Below are positions 51,621 to 64,000 of a stretch of 64,000 nucleotides of DNA, in pieces (position 1 is the first letter of the stretch; every line of letters begins with the position of its first letter). Both the position numbers and the translations under genes were made by a program. The stretch is from positions 9,985,355 through 10,049,354 of the forward strand of contig CAVNZM010000006.1 of NCBI GenBank assembly GCA_963693365.1. Direction: 5' to 3'. The notes under the pieces were generated by a model, which saw nothing but the letters and a program-made list of their open reading frames with translations, had not been told where the DNA came from and searched no databases. The stretch comes from Amoebidium appalachense. Lineage: Eukaryota > Protista > Ichthyosporea.

Positions 51621-52868
51621 AAAAAAAAAAAAAAAAACAGAAAGGAAGAAAAGAAATGGAAAGAAAAGAAAAGAATGCCTCTTCTCGTCTCCTCCCCCCT
51701 CCCCCCCCCCCCCCCCCCCCCGCCTTCCCCACCTACCCCCTCCCCCTCCTCCCCCCTGTTCAAGTGAAACAGTATCTGAGTTGGGTTTCGTTAACGAGGT
51801 GAATAGGTCGAAACTCGGGTACTGTGGATGACGTGGGCCCCCCCTGAGGATGAGCTCTGCTTATTATGCATACTCTTTATGTATGGCTTGCATTCTGCAT
51901 CGTGTTATCCGTTTGTTCTTGTGTACTTCGTACTTTTTGACGCATTCAAACCCCCCCCCCCCCCCCCCCTAAACTCCGGTACCGTGGATCACTTGTCCCG
52001 CCAGCACCCCCCTCCCCCCAACTTGGACCCCCCAAGGATGGGCTCTGCTTATGTTGCATGCTGGGCGTGTTGCGGATGTTGCATACTTGAATGTTTGCAT
52101 TTGCATGTGTCCTGCACAGTGTTTCTCATCGTGTAGTTGTATTCTTACCGTGTTCCACATTCAAATCCCCCCCACCCCACCCCCTATCCCCCATTCCACC
52201 CCCCCCCCCCCAACCGAGGATGGGCTCTCGTTAATATGCATGCTCCTTGTGATGTGCTCTTCGCGCTCTGCTTTGTGTTGTCCGTCATAGTTGCGTGCGT
52301 ACCCTATCACACCTCTTAATCCCTCTCCCCCCCCCACCCCTCTCCCCACCCGGGCCTCGAAACTGTCTTTCCAACACCTCTCTGCAAATATTTTACCCGT
52401 GCCTTCGACCATCATCAACCCCTTGCCTGTCCTGGTTGCTGTGCCAGGCTCATCCAGCCATGCACGTGAGCCCTCATATACCCACCATACTCACTGTTTG
52501 CAGAGACCAACAAGTACCAGGCCACATGCTGGTGGGTGTACCCTGTCTCGTTTCTTGTGATTGCATTCAGCGCCTTCTACTACAGCTCCACCGTGCATCT
52601 GCAAGGTGATTGGCTGTCCACCGATGACGTGGGAACAGCCCTGGACTCGATCAGAGCCAGGGAGGGAACCAGCGAGCAGCCGTGGACTGTGGGTGGCACG
52701 GGGTCGCTTCGAAGTTTTTGCCGGGAAGTCTTGGTGAGTGGCTTGTTGTATTTTCGGGCAAATGAGTGTCATTATGACAACTTTAACTTCTGACCCCCCC
52801 CCCCCCCCCACACACACACACACACACACACACTCTCTCTCTCTCTCTCTGTCTCTCTCTCTGTCTCT

Positions 52869-52903
<35 letters not shown>

Positions 52904-52936
52904 TGAAGCTGAGCCTGTTGGGGTGGGTGGCTGGGG

Positions 52937-52975
<39 letters not shown>

Positions 52976-53017
52976 TCTGGGGAAGGAGGGGGAGGGGGGG
53001 GGACTGCTTTTTCTTTT

Positions 53018-53053
<36 letters not shown>

Positions 53054-53247
53054 TTTCGGAGGGGGGGATGGAGGGAGGGGGGGGGCGGGGGGGATAAATC
53101 GGTCTAGTTATGGATGGGAGCTCGAGGATTTTGGTTGATATTGTGTTTGCAAAAACTCTATACCAACGCCCACATATGAAGCACGTGTAAACAGCACGCA
53201 CATGACCGCGCACACGGGCACCCGCACCCAAGGGACACACACACATA

Positions 53248-53342
<95 letters not shown>

Positions 53343-53524
53343 CACACATGTGCACGAGCACACAGTACACACACACGGCACACACACTCACATACACTCT
53401 CTCTGCTCTCTATCTGTCTATCAATCTCCTTATGTATCCATCTTGCTCTCCCCATCTTCCTCCCCCTCCCGCCCTTTCTCTCCCCCCTTTCTCCCTCTCT
53501 TCGGACCACTGGTTACACACACAC

Positions 53525-53592
<68 letters not shown>

Positions 53593-54821
53593 GCATAGCA
53601 CGCACATATTCCAGAATTCTGGCGGCTTCACACACGCGCATGTACGCACACACAGTGTGTTGGTTTGAACGCATATTCTTATATGCTGATCCCATACAAG
53701 CGCACAAACGTGCACCTGTACCTCCGGGCTTTTGCACTATACCGTTACTTCTATCCATGTCGTTCGCCCCCTTTTCCGTACTCTCTCACATCCGCTCCCC
53801 AGCTCTTCATGCCTTTCAGTCTCTCTCCCACCCCCACCCCTGGCTTTAGCCAACATTGACCGAAACCCGCAGTACTCACCATCGGCTTACTCTCCCGTTT
53901 CATGCCCCGCCTCCCCCCCCCCCCCCCCCTCTCCCCCTGCTTGCTTCTCCCCTTCTCCTTGTACCTCTTTTGGGTGTCGTAAGCCAGTAAGAAATTTGTG
54001 CTCTGCTCTCACCCCGTAGGCTGGAACCCCCCTCCCCCCCCCCCCCCCCCCCCCCCCCTTTCTCCCCGGGCCCCCTACCCTCCGCGCTCCTCCTTTGCAC
54101 CCGTCCTGTCTTAATTAACCTGTTTTATGACCTGCCGACATCCCCCACCACCACCACCACCACCACCACTACCTACCCCCCAGCACACACACAAACACAA
54201 ACACACACACACAACCCCCCCCTTCTTTCCCCGGGATGGGTTCTGCTTATGACGCCCACCCTTCATGTGTTTTTGAACTCTGCATTGTGTTGTGCGTCAT
54301 AAAAAAAACCTCACACTCTGTAACACATATCATCCCCACCCAACAGCCCTCCCAAACCCTCCCCTCCCCGCCCCCCCTCCCCCCCCCCCAACCACCACCA
54401 CCACCCCACCACCACACACACACACACCGAATACAACACACTAACCCAATAATTCCTGCCTCCGCTGTTACTTCCTGTTATGGTTCACTTTTGGTATGGC
54501 AGCCGGATACTCAACACACACGCACCACCACAGGAGCAACTACATGCAGTCATCATGAACCACCCAGTCACCCTCTGGCTGCAGTCCAAATACGGTGCCA
54601 TCTCCAATTGGGTTCGATTGAGAATGGGTCGATTGTGGGCCCGACCAAAACGGGAGGACATAAGACTCAATTTGAGCGCTGTGCCTCTGAGCCCAACCCT
54701 AAACATGCGGTTGAATGAGGCAACCTCGAGGCTGGAATCCAGGAAAGAGAGGAAAACACAAATGGTAAGTATAAGCTCGGTGATGGAGCTGGAGCGGGAA
54801 CAGGATTACGGAAGTTTCTAG
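50046..54821 (+). CDS. Hypothetical multi-exon membrane protein, divergent from RUVBL2 (model uncertain)
   Basis: Hydrophobic exon ends GPPDE G|gtaagt at 50467; in-phase exon 52504-52733 (ETNKYQATCWWVYPVSFLVIAFSAFYY...REVL|gtgagt); probable last exon from 54503. The N-terminus needs a 1-nt frameshift at the T7 run 50150-50156, and the frame of the last exon is ambiguous. Confidence 0.5.
51757..51950 (+). mobile_element. Dispersed ~200-bp repeat, copy C (intronic, sense to host, 5'-shortened)
   Basis: Reverse complement of copies A/B, followed by poly(C). Flanked by diverged partial copies at about 51270-51350, 51975-52170 and 52215-52325. Confidence 0.8.
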
Positions 54822-56277
54822 GGTAGTTTTCCTATTATGTGAGATCGAAAATTATGAATGGCAAGAATATTGAATGCTGGTATGCACTTGTTGGTTATAT
54901 AGCACCCATGTGACTCTCCGGATCCTCATACACGAACGTTCACCGTGACACACGCATCACACTGTCAGCTTCAATCTAAACGGACGTATGGCCGCTACAT
55001 TATAACTACTAGAATGGGTTAGAATGGTACAACATCCGAACTTTCATGTGGTTATAATTATGCTTATTGAGTCAGATTATCGTAGGGGCGTGTCTGAAGG
55101 GCAGACAATCATAGAGAAGCATTTAAGAATACGACGTTTGCAGCTAATTGATACAATGCTGGAGTAGCGTGTGACAGAACTAGTGATGCCCCGGTGTGTG
55201 TGTTTTTTTTCGGGGAAGTTGGTCACCGTATGCAAGAACTATCTGAGACTCGCCCTATTTTTCAAAAAACGACATTCTCTACACACATGCAACAAATAAA
55301 TATCTATTGATCGGTAATCGCAGGGGTGACCTGAGCACGTGCATGCATGCATCTGCATTACTGGGCGTACGTGTTTCGGGCATGCCTTAATATGCATAAT
55401 TAAATGTAGTGTGTGCGCGCATGACATGTGTATGTGTGCATTTCACTGTGTACCGTGTGAGCGTGTGTGTGTGGCGTGTGCTAATATAGATATATCATTT
55501 AAGATAAGTGCACGTAAGGCGTGGCCACGGTGCGTGTGCACACGAAATGCATGTACACCGTGTTTATGTGGCCTGTGTGTGTGTCCGTGATCGCCATTCT
55601 GTGTGGTGGTGATGGTGGAATGTGTGACATTGTCACTGTGTGTGTGTGTGTGTGTACAAATGCGTGTGTGCGTGTGTGTGTGTGTGTCTGTGTCTGTACC
55701 GACGGTGTGTGTGTGTCTTGGGGGGGAGAGGGGGAGGGGGTGTAGTGGGGGGGGGGGGGGGGGGGAGGGAGGGAGGGAGGGAGGGAGGGAGGGGGGGGGG
55801 GGGGGGGGGGGGGGGGGCTGTGTACACCACGTGCGTGCCCGGAATGTCACCATATGCATGTTTACTAATTGAATATGTGTATGTATGGACCAGTATTATA
55901 GTACATATGTAGGAAGTCATCATTACTTCAAAACGCATACACACAACCGACATTTTTTTATATGTGGTATTTTTAAATTATTTCCATAAATGCACCATAT
56001 ATAGGCAAGGGGTTTACGCTGTTTACTCGAGGCAAAGAGAGACCAGTGTCAGGTATGGGGGCCCGGGTTTTGCACGGAATATCCCCTCAGCGGTATATAA
56101 TGATCACGTACATAGATGTCCGGGGTGATGATTATATATCATGGTTTACTTTCTCTACGAGACACCATAAAGACTAAGAAAAATCATTAGTTGGGGTTCC
56201 CCGTTTTTGTTTTTTTTTGTTCTTTTTTTTTTTGGTTTTCGGGCTCCCCTGGGACACTCGGTATCAGCTGGTTGTGG

Positions 56278-56358
<81 letters not shown>

Positions 56359-56360
56359 CG

Positions 56361-58560
56361 CTAGAATTTTGTAATGATGTGTTTCTCAAGCCAATCAATA
56401 CATCTAATAAACAGGTCGTAGTTACGTACGCGTGAGTTTAGTATAAAATCAAGGATGTTGTAATTCTCAGGTAGGCTATCTTTCTGGGTGTCTGTTGTGA
56501 ATGTGACGTGTGTGTGTTGCGGTATTATGTGGTCTATTAAACTACGTTTGGCGATACATGACCGTTTAAACTGGTGTGTGTGTGTGTTGTTTGGGCATGC
56601 AAACGATGCCACCTTATACTTGATTGGATCTCCACTGTATAGCACGTGTACAGCAAAAGCGTGGTATATGATCAATAATACCATCAGCTAGAGAAAGACC
56701 AATTCTACAGGAAGGTAATATGTATTTAGAAGTTACACATTTGCGAGTGCCACTATGTATTTGGTAATATGGTTAAGGCGGTCAATATATATAAAACGAG
56801 ACATCCTTACGTGAGGAAGGCTTAGTTTTTCAAGGTGTATGCTTTCATCGGGTCTGGTGTCGTGTGGTATCTTTTTCCATCTGTTAAATTGCGTAATTAT
56901 CTTGTGATTGTGTACATACATGTCTAATAAGTAAGTTGCAGTCCAAAGTCACGCACACACTTTTGCGGGGTTTATTTGTATTTGTGCCCGGGGGAAAAGG
57001 AGAGAGAGAGGGAAGGAAAGAGGGGAGAGGTGAGGAGGGGACAGGTCGGATAGAGAAGAGATGGTGGGAGGGCAAATACTTCTTTAAGCGGCTTATGTGC
57101 TTATTGAATTTCAGCGCGAGATGGGATACTCTAGCAGCTATTGGGACCAGACCATATATCGAGAGCGTTACAGGCCCAGGTTTACAACAGTTGTCAGATA
57201 AAAAGGAGGCAACTTCTGCTTCAAGGAAATATGCCAAGGGTTCAAGCGCTCTAGTTCTCTCTTTCTTGATCCAAGCGGCGAGAAGGGGTAAACCATATTC
57301 ACATGCCGGGAAGACAAAAGTGTGAATAAATAGTCTAATAGAAGGATGGAGGGGTGTGTCTTTAAAAGTATTAGCCGAGAAGAAAGCTAACCGCTTACGA
57401 GCCAGCTCTACCCTCTTTTCGACCATATTGATATGGGAAAACATACCACCAACAGAATTAACCGGAACACCAAGATATTTGTATTCTGGAACTATAGGTA
57501 CAGGTTGAGATGATAATGTAAATGTGTGTAAATTGTTAGCTATATCAGGTACAAGAACACCACATTTGTCTATGTTAAGGATCATAAGGTTTGCCTTGCA
57601 CCACTCTGACAGTACATGGAACAATCTTCGCAGGCGTCTAGGGGTACGGGCAAGGAGGGACAGATCATCAGCATAGAGAAGTGCAGGCGGAAAGTTATTA
57701 ATAGGGTCATCATTTTCGGCATAAATCTTGACAGCCAAATCATCTATAAATAGGTTAAACAAAAAGGGGCTAAGCAATGAACCCTGCAAGAGACCTCTAG
57801 TACGAGCAAAACCATATGAAAGGTGCCCATTAACCACAGCTCTACCATAGGTTTGAGACTAGGATGCTTCTAACAAAACACCAATGCAGTGTGGTACACC
57901 CCGTGCAGCAAGCTTTTCCCATAGGAGACCAGGGGAGACAGAATCGTAAGCAGTTTTCCAATCAATAAAACCAACATATCGTGCACCAACTTGCATAGAA
58001 TCGTGCAGTGCCATTATTTGAACATAACATGAATTGTTTTTACGAAAAGCGGATTGGCATGGGTGTGAAGAATAGATTGAAACCTAGGTTGATGTGCAAA
58101 TAACCCACATAATTATGTAAGCAAGCTTCAAAGAATCTACGAACAACCTGGGTTAGTGTGATGGGGCGAAAAGATGATATGGGGCCTCAGAGTCCTTCTT
58201 AACTATGGGGATCACCAAGGTATATAACCAGGATGACGGGACATGCCCACATTTAACACCCCCCCATTTAACACACCAAGAAAAGAGAGAGCTTAACATA
58301 ATAGTGAGATCGGGTTTAATAGCACGATCACTTTCCTTTTGTGGGTAGGAGGGAACAAGGATTTTAAGAAAACCGGCAGGAAATCCATCAGGTCCACAAG
58401 ACTTACTAGAGTTGTAACTAGATATCACAGACCATATGGTATCGGACTGAAAAAGGGGAGGATCGATTCTTTGGGGATAGATGGGTCGTGACAGGCCACA
58501 CAATAGGTTTCTGAGCGGGGGTCCTATCTTTAAACAGTTCCGAGAAATACTTATCAGAGT
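56361..58560 (-). mobile_element. 5'-truncated, frameshifted non-LTR retrotransposon (LINE) ORF2 / reverse transcriptase
   Basis: RT motifs spread over several frames: KSCGPDG, PSSW...VIPIVKK, FRPITL, QSAFRK, FIDWKTAYDSV, GLLQGSLLSPFLFNLFIDDL, LLYADD, YKYLGV. There are several frameshifts and stops. The C-terminal segment ends at stop 56361-56363. Confidence 0.92.
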
Positions 58561-59253
58561 CTATTACGAGGGGTCTCCAGTGGTATCACCAATAATACGA
58601 GCAGTGGGGCCAAATCGATTCATACTAGCAAGCCGGCGCAAGCTTTCCTTTTGAGACAGGGCTCACCTCGTCTAGCGGGAGTGGTGTTTGGTAAACTATG
58701 ATGTTATGACGTCATTATGACGTATTTAGCGTCCTAGGCCCCGACACTATGTAAACGTCGCGGGCGTGAGCATTCTCATAATCATTATCAGTCAAGGGGC
58801 GCCTCGCAGTACTAACGAAACTGAGAAGACGGCAGCTTATTAGCATTCTTGTGTCTATTAGTTTACAAAACTGGTAAAGCTTTCAGGGCAACGAGCTTGG
58901 TGTGCACGGTGCACTTAGAAAAGGACATGCCTCAGATTGTTGATCGATAGGATTATCGATCGATCACCAAGTTGAACTTTTGATCGCGCGCAATTCTGCT
59001 TTTGACCAATCAGAGTTCTAAACTACTGATAAGCCAAAATTTAAAAAAATTGGGCCTCGGACCTCCCCCAAGTTCAACGACCACCCCTTCCTCGACGAAC
59101 CAAATAGAATGTTTTTTGAAGTCATTGTACAATTCTAAAAAAATTATTATTCTAAAATATAACATAAACATGGTTTTGTTCAAATTCAGGCGTTTATGAG
59201 ATGCATAGCATGCTGCATTGTCACGTGATCACTGAGCATCCACCACTACCAGT

Positions 59254-59294
59254 ATCAAGTCACGGCCCTCTTTTTCAGAGGGCCGTGATCAAGT
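59254..59294. mobile_element. 27-bp palindrome (59261-59287) flanked by 7-bp direct repeat ATCAAGT: second footprint or micro-MITE
   Basis: atcaagt + cacggccctct-ttttc-agagggccgtg + atcaagt; same CACGGCC termini as 30367-30399. Confidence 0.75.
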
Positions 59295-60198
59295 TGGCCA
59301 AATGATTCGGCGATTGGATTATCACGTATGTCTCGCAAGACTTTTGGGGGGGGTTGAAGTTCAAAAACAACAAACTTTTTAATCTTTATCTTCCTTAGCA
59401 ACGTAAATTTTATAAATACATCATGCTTGGGCCATTTAATTGCAAAGAGAAAAATAAACCGCATGAAATTTTATAAATTTTTATTAAACTTTATCTAGCT
59501 ATAATAATCCTGGCTTTGGTATCAGTACTCTGCTATGTTGCTAAAATATATCACGTTTTTCGCACCGTGGAATGATTTTGGACGCTGAAAAACAAAGATC
59601 GACGGGGTCTATAGAGTGCCGAGTGCCCGGAGAACATCGGATCGCGATGGGCCCGACGCAAGCAGCTTTGAAGTTTGGCAAGTTGGCAACTCTTCTGAGC
59701 CTCGTGTTTGTGTTCAGAAAGTTTTCGTTCAGTTGTCAGTTGTTTGAACTGTCACACATGGTTGTGGGACTGACATGCATATTACTGCTCCACGCGTCAA
59801 TCCCTACTCCTGCCTGCACTTCTTTCTGAGGCTAGATTAAGACAGATAAATACAAAACTTGAGTATTTTTTGCTTCGCAACTTGTTTGCGCACCACCATA
59901 CCTGACTATCAATGCATCACCCACAACGGTTTGTCTTCGAAACCCCGGGGATTCGTATACACTCGTTCGCCCATACTGGTGAACCCAACGAGCTGCTTGG
60001 TTGAGAAAAAGAACATATCAAAACGTAACCTTAGGGGTAAAAAAAGAGGGGGAAAAAGACTCGGGTCGAGCCTCGAGCGGGATACAGCACACCCACTGTC
60101 TGTGCCATGCTATACTTGATTTCTCTTGGCAACATCGGTGGTTGTAACTACATTATACTTTCGACGGTTTAGCTGCTACTCGTGCCCAACTGACAACT

Positions 60199-61467
60199 AT
60201 GGCACCACCAAGATTAAAACTACGTGTACCATGGACGTCTTTTTTCGGAACAATGAAATTCACCCCGTTCACTTCACATACGCGCGAGGATGTCAATGCC
60301 CCTCGAGTCAACAAACATGCAAGTCACCCGTGCATGCGTGCACGCGTTACCTGCCGCTCTCTGTGTTTCTTTTCCATATTCTATGCGCTTCTTGCAAGTT
60401 CTATTTGGGTGTCCGTTGGGCTGATGTACACATCTCTAAGCATCTCGGAGACCGAACCCAAATCCGTAAGTGAGAGTGAGAAACGATGTCCCAACCCCAG
60501 TAGCCCAAGCTCGACAATAGTCTTATTTAGTGACGTACACATAAATCCCATACTGCCTCTTACGGATATAACCACACGGGCGTTTGTTTCAAGGGAGGCG
60601 GACAACCCAAGCGTAGAGGGCTGTATCGTGCTAGGGGACATGTTGACATGGGGTGGTGGGTATAGTGGCGATGTAAAGCCAAGCCCATTTTTCTGGAAAA
60701 GTTTCGTTGTTCGGTTTTTGTGGGCCTTTGCCCCCATTATCAAGCGGTTCGAAACCATCTACTATATCCCTGGCAACCATGACGTCAACTATGGTCCGCT
60801 GCCACAGCGCTACGTGGAGCATTTCGGCCAAGCAAACCGCTACGTACGAGTCGGTAACTTTTCTGTATTTTTGCACAACGCTATGAACCCATGCAACCGC
60901 TCAGCCGATGTGCTCTGGAACAACGTGGATGTTCCGTGCAGCAAGGACCTGGCACCCCCACAACCCGGCACTGAAGTGGACTTTGTAGCCAGCCACATAC
61001 CGGAAATGAACGGTTTTGGTGCGCATGTTCTGCCCATTGTGCGCCCACGAGCTGTCTTCAGTGGACACGAGCATAGGGCTCTCCCTATTTACCGCCACAC
61101 ACACACATATGCGGGGGGGAACGGTCAGAATGTGATTGTGCCTGAAATAGAACTGGGATCTACGCTGTATCTGAGTGCAGATGGCCCTTTCAAAATGCCT
61201 TCTTATATGAGGTTAACCAAATATGGAAATGACGGGTGCATGGAGTATGTTGTGGTTGCCTTAAGCGGCAATGGCAGGGTGGTGTTTAAGGCTCAACTAT
61301 TTTTGTCCATACTGGTGCCGCCTTTTGTGTTTTTAGCTTGCTGGTTGGCCTTTGGGCGGTGGAGAAATAGCAGGGGACAACTATTTCGTACATTTAGCCA
61401 ATCAACGAACAATTCCCCTGAATATATCGAACTTCCCATGGAATCAAGCAACCCCGAGTTTGCTTAG
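60199..61467 (+). CDS. Intronless calcineurin-like metallophosphoesterase, MPPE1/Cdc1/Ted1-like membrane topology
   Basis: 422-aa ORF with all five motifs: SDVH, GDML, GNHD, SH and GHEH. One N-terminal and one C-terminal hydrophobic segment. Confidence 0.88.
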   Translation: MAPPRLKLRVPWTSFFGTMKFTPFTSHTREDVNAPRVNKHASHPCMRARVTCRSLCFFSIFYALLASSIWVSVGLMYTSLSISETEPKSVSESEKRCPNPSSPSSTIVLFSDVHINPILPLTDITTRAFVSREADNPSVEGCIVLGDMLTWGGGYSGDVKPSPFFWKSFVVRFLWAFAPIIKRFETIYYIPGNHDVNYGPLPQRYVEHFGQANRYVRVGNFSVFLHNAMNPCNRSADVLWNNVDVPCSKDLAPPQPGTEVDFVASHIPEMNGFGAHVLPIVRPRAVFSGHEHRALPIYRHTHTYAGGNGQNVIVPEIELGSTLYLSADGPFKMPSYMRLTKYGNDGCMEYVVVALSGNGRVVFKAQLFLSILVPPFVFLACWLAFGRWRNSRGQLFRTFSQSTNNSPEYIELPMESSNPEFA

Positions 61468-62207
61468 ATATTAGGCTGTTAGGCTGGTGTGGCTCTTAGA
61501 CTATTGCGGTACTTGCTTTAATGTGTATGGTGAAATAGCAAATGCATTGAGAGCTTAATCAATATTAGTATATGTTGCCGCCGAACCAAGTACAGAAGTG
61601 ACAAATGTATGTATGGTTGCCAGTCAAACTGGTTAGGTACTGTAACAAAAAGGCCAATGTTGCTATAACTGTATTAGTAGCCGATTACAAATACGAATAT
61701 CATGAAGTGTCATCTATATATCCGGGACCATAATAGTAATAATGCAAGGTGCACCTACGTGAGCTTTGCCAGCAGTGGAGGTTTTCCAACTTCAGACTCC
61801 GTATTACATGTGAGCACTGTGAAACCAAGTGGGCCGTGGTGTCACGATGATTCCCGCAAAGTGTGTGTGCTGTCAGATCAATGACACACACTATGTGTGT
61901 CACACCATTACTGTTATGAACCGGCGTGGGCGTGACTGTGGTACTGAAGTGTGCACACTAAAATGTAGTTGTTGTGCACGTGCCGCCACGGTGTTATGAT
62001 ATACGTGCAATACGTGTGGTGGTCCGTGTCCGTGTGACTTTACGTTGTTTCTGTGGCAAAACAGCACAGTTTTAGGGCCTTAATTTTGAAACGGGGAGGG
62101 GGTAGTATGTAGTAACTTTCTTGGCGGGGGGAAGGGGGGGGGGGGGGGGGGGGGGGGGAGGGGGGGACCTACCCACCCCTGCGGCTAGCAGGGGGGAGGG
62201 GAGGGGG

Positions 62208-62242
<35 letters not shown>

Positions 62243-62873
62243 CACCTGAGTAGGTAATTTCCCCTTTCCCCCTTCCCCCCTCCCCCCCATCGACCCACCC
62301 ACCCACCCCATAGGCTGCCAATATGTGAATATATCAGATCACCTGATCACTGATAGTACTACAATTTAGCAGTGATTTACTGTAACATAAGTTGCCAAAA
62401 CGTAAACATTGATCATGTCGGCTAACTAATACTATAGTCCTTGATCTGCCTGAAACTCGGTTTATATGCCGCACTACGCGTACGATCATTCCTCCCCCCC
62501 CTCCCCACCTTCCCCTTGCACTCACTCCAGCCGCCCCAGCGCAAGCAACGTGGCACACACGCACACACTTTAACACGTATTTAATTCAAAGGGGACCTGT
62601 ACGTACACGCATGTATCACACACGGCGTACACAAGGTGCACAAAATTTGCGACGGGCACCCACACCCCGGCCGGTGCACATGTGACAGGACATTCACTGA
62701 TTCAGAACATGCAGGTACACAAACCCACACCATACAAACATACCTTCTCCGCCACACAGATACACACACGAACACTGCGCGGTCAGCACAATAACTTTGC
62801 CCCTAATAGTTCATTATTTAGAAATTGTTGGCCGTTGCATGTGTGTGTGTGTGTGTGTAAGTGTGTCTGTGTC

Positions 62874-62912
<39 letters not shown>

Positions 62913-63921
62913 CACGGTGTGTGTGCGCGTTGTGTGTGTGTGCGCGCGTGCGCGCACGTGCGTGCACGTGTGCACCTGCTTTAATCGGTAAATCACACTT
63001 GTGTAGACGAGCAGGGTGGCTGAGTCTCAAAGGGCCGGGGGAGGTTGAGGGGGGAGGATTTTTTTTTGGGGGGGGGGGGGAGGGGGGGGGGGGGGAGGGA
63101 TAAACTATTAGTACGTGTCAGTGTCAAAACCGGAAGCCATTCCTCCAGAAGGGAAAAAAAAAAATTAAAGAAAAAAAAAATAAAAAAATTAACGAATACA
63201 ACCTGCGGTGATTGGAAAACAGAGCCTCTGGCCATATTCGACGCGCACGCGGGGAGGGGGGAGGGGGGAGGGGGGAGACGTGGAACCTCCCCACTTGCCC
63301 AGGAGGTGGGTCCCTCCCCCCTCCCCCCCCCCTCCCCCCTCTCCCTCGGGGGGGCCACCCACCTCTGCGGCTACCTTGGGGAGGGTTGGGACCCACCCAC
63401 CCCCTGGCACTCCGCTTCCGAGGGAGGGCCGTACCACTAGAGGGGACCGTCAACATTTACCACTTCCCCCGGGCCCCCTCCGGATCCCATTTCAAATTCA
63501 AAAATCCCTAAGGGGCACCCAGTCTCACATGGCCCAGGCCCAGCTAGGGTGGAGGCACGAGACTTCGAGAAGGAGAAGGGAGAAGGTGTGTGTGACGTGT
63601 GTTTTGGGGGGGAGGGGCGGGCCGGGGGGGGGGGAGAGGGGGGGGGGGGGGTGTTGGAGTGCAGACTTACGCTCACTCCACAATATGTGTATGTTAGCTT
63701 TACAATTGGTTCCGTGTACACAGACACACGCTGACACTCGATCACCACATGCACATCTGCATAGTTGAGGAATGTTGCCAATTGTGTTTTGACTGCAAAC
63801 GATTGGTTCACTGGTCCCAGAGATCTCTAAATGAAAGTAACCAATCCGATTAGCGCCTGGCATCCGGATTACATTCCAGACTGCTGCCCCACGGGTATAT
63901 AAGCCACGTCTCTGCCAGGTG

Positions 63922-64000
63922 CAGACATGGAGTTCAGTCATGGAGTTCAGTCATGGAGTTCAGACATGGAGTTCAGTCATGGAGTTCAGTCATGGAGTTC
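63922..64000. repeat. 13-bp tandem repeat (catggagttcagW), runs off the window end
   Basis: About 6 units visible. Confidence 0.92.

Noticed and set aside
61882-61902. tgacacaca-cta-tgtgtgtca hairpin (similar one at ~9903)
   Set aside because: No TSD; expected by chance in CA/TG-rich sequence.

Overview
Eukaryotic, intron-rich, microsatellite- and poly-G/C-saturated genomic DNA. The RPL11 sequence and splice style suggest a unicellular opisthokont/holozoan (inference only). Spliced gene models were built by hand from GT-AG boundaries: lipin/Pah1 (minus, runs off the window start), NDUFA8 (plus), RPL11 (minus), two small secreted proteins (Cys-rich; GGGW-repeat preproprotein), an RNF4-like SIM+RING ligase, RUVBL2, a hypothetical membrane protein, a decayed non-LTR retrotransposon and an intronless metallophosphoesterase. 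Most ORFs in the supplied track are repeat artefacts. Main unexpected signals: (1) two 27-33 bp CACGGCC...GGCCGTG palindromes flanked by 7-8 bp target-site duplications, which look like P-element-type excision footprints or micro-MITEs; (2) a ~200 bp dispersed, poly(C)-tailed, structured repeat whose intronic copies all lie sense to the host gene; (3) an indel-riddled, nuclear-receptor-like zinc-finger relic in an RPL11 intron; (4) two paralogous box C/D snoRNAs in RPL11 introns; (5) intron-by-intron G/GT versus C/CA strand polarity that often switches at exons; (6) a LINE whose stop codon abuts a (CG)n(CA)n tract.
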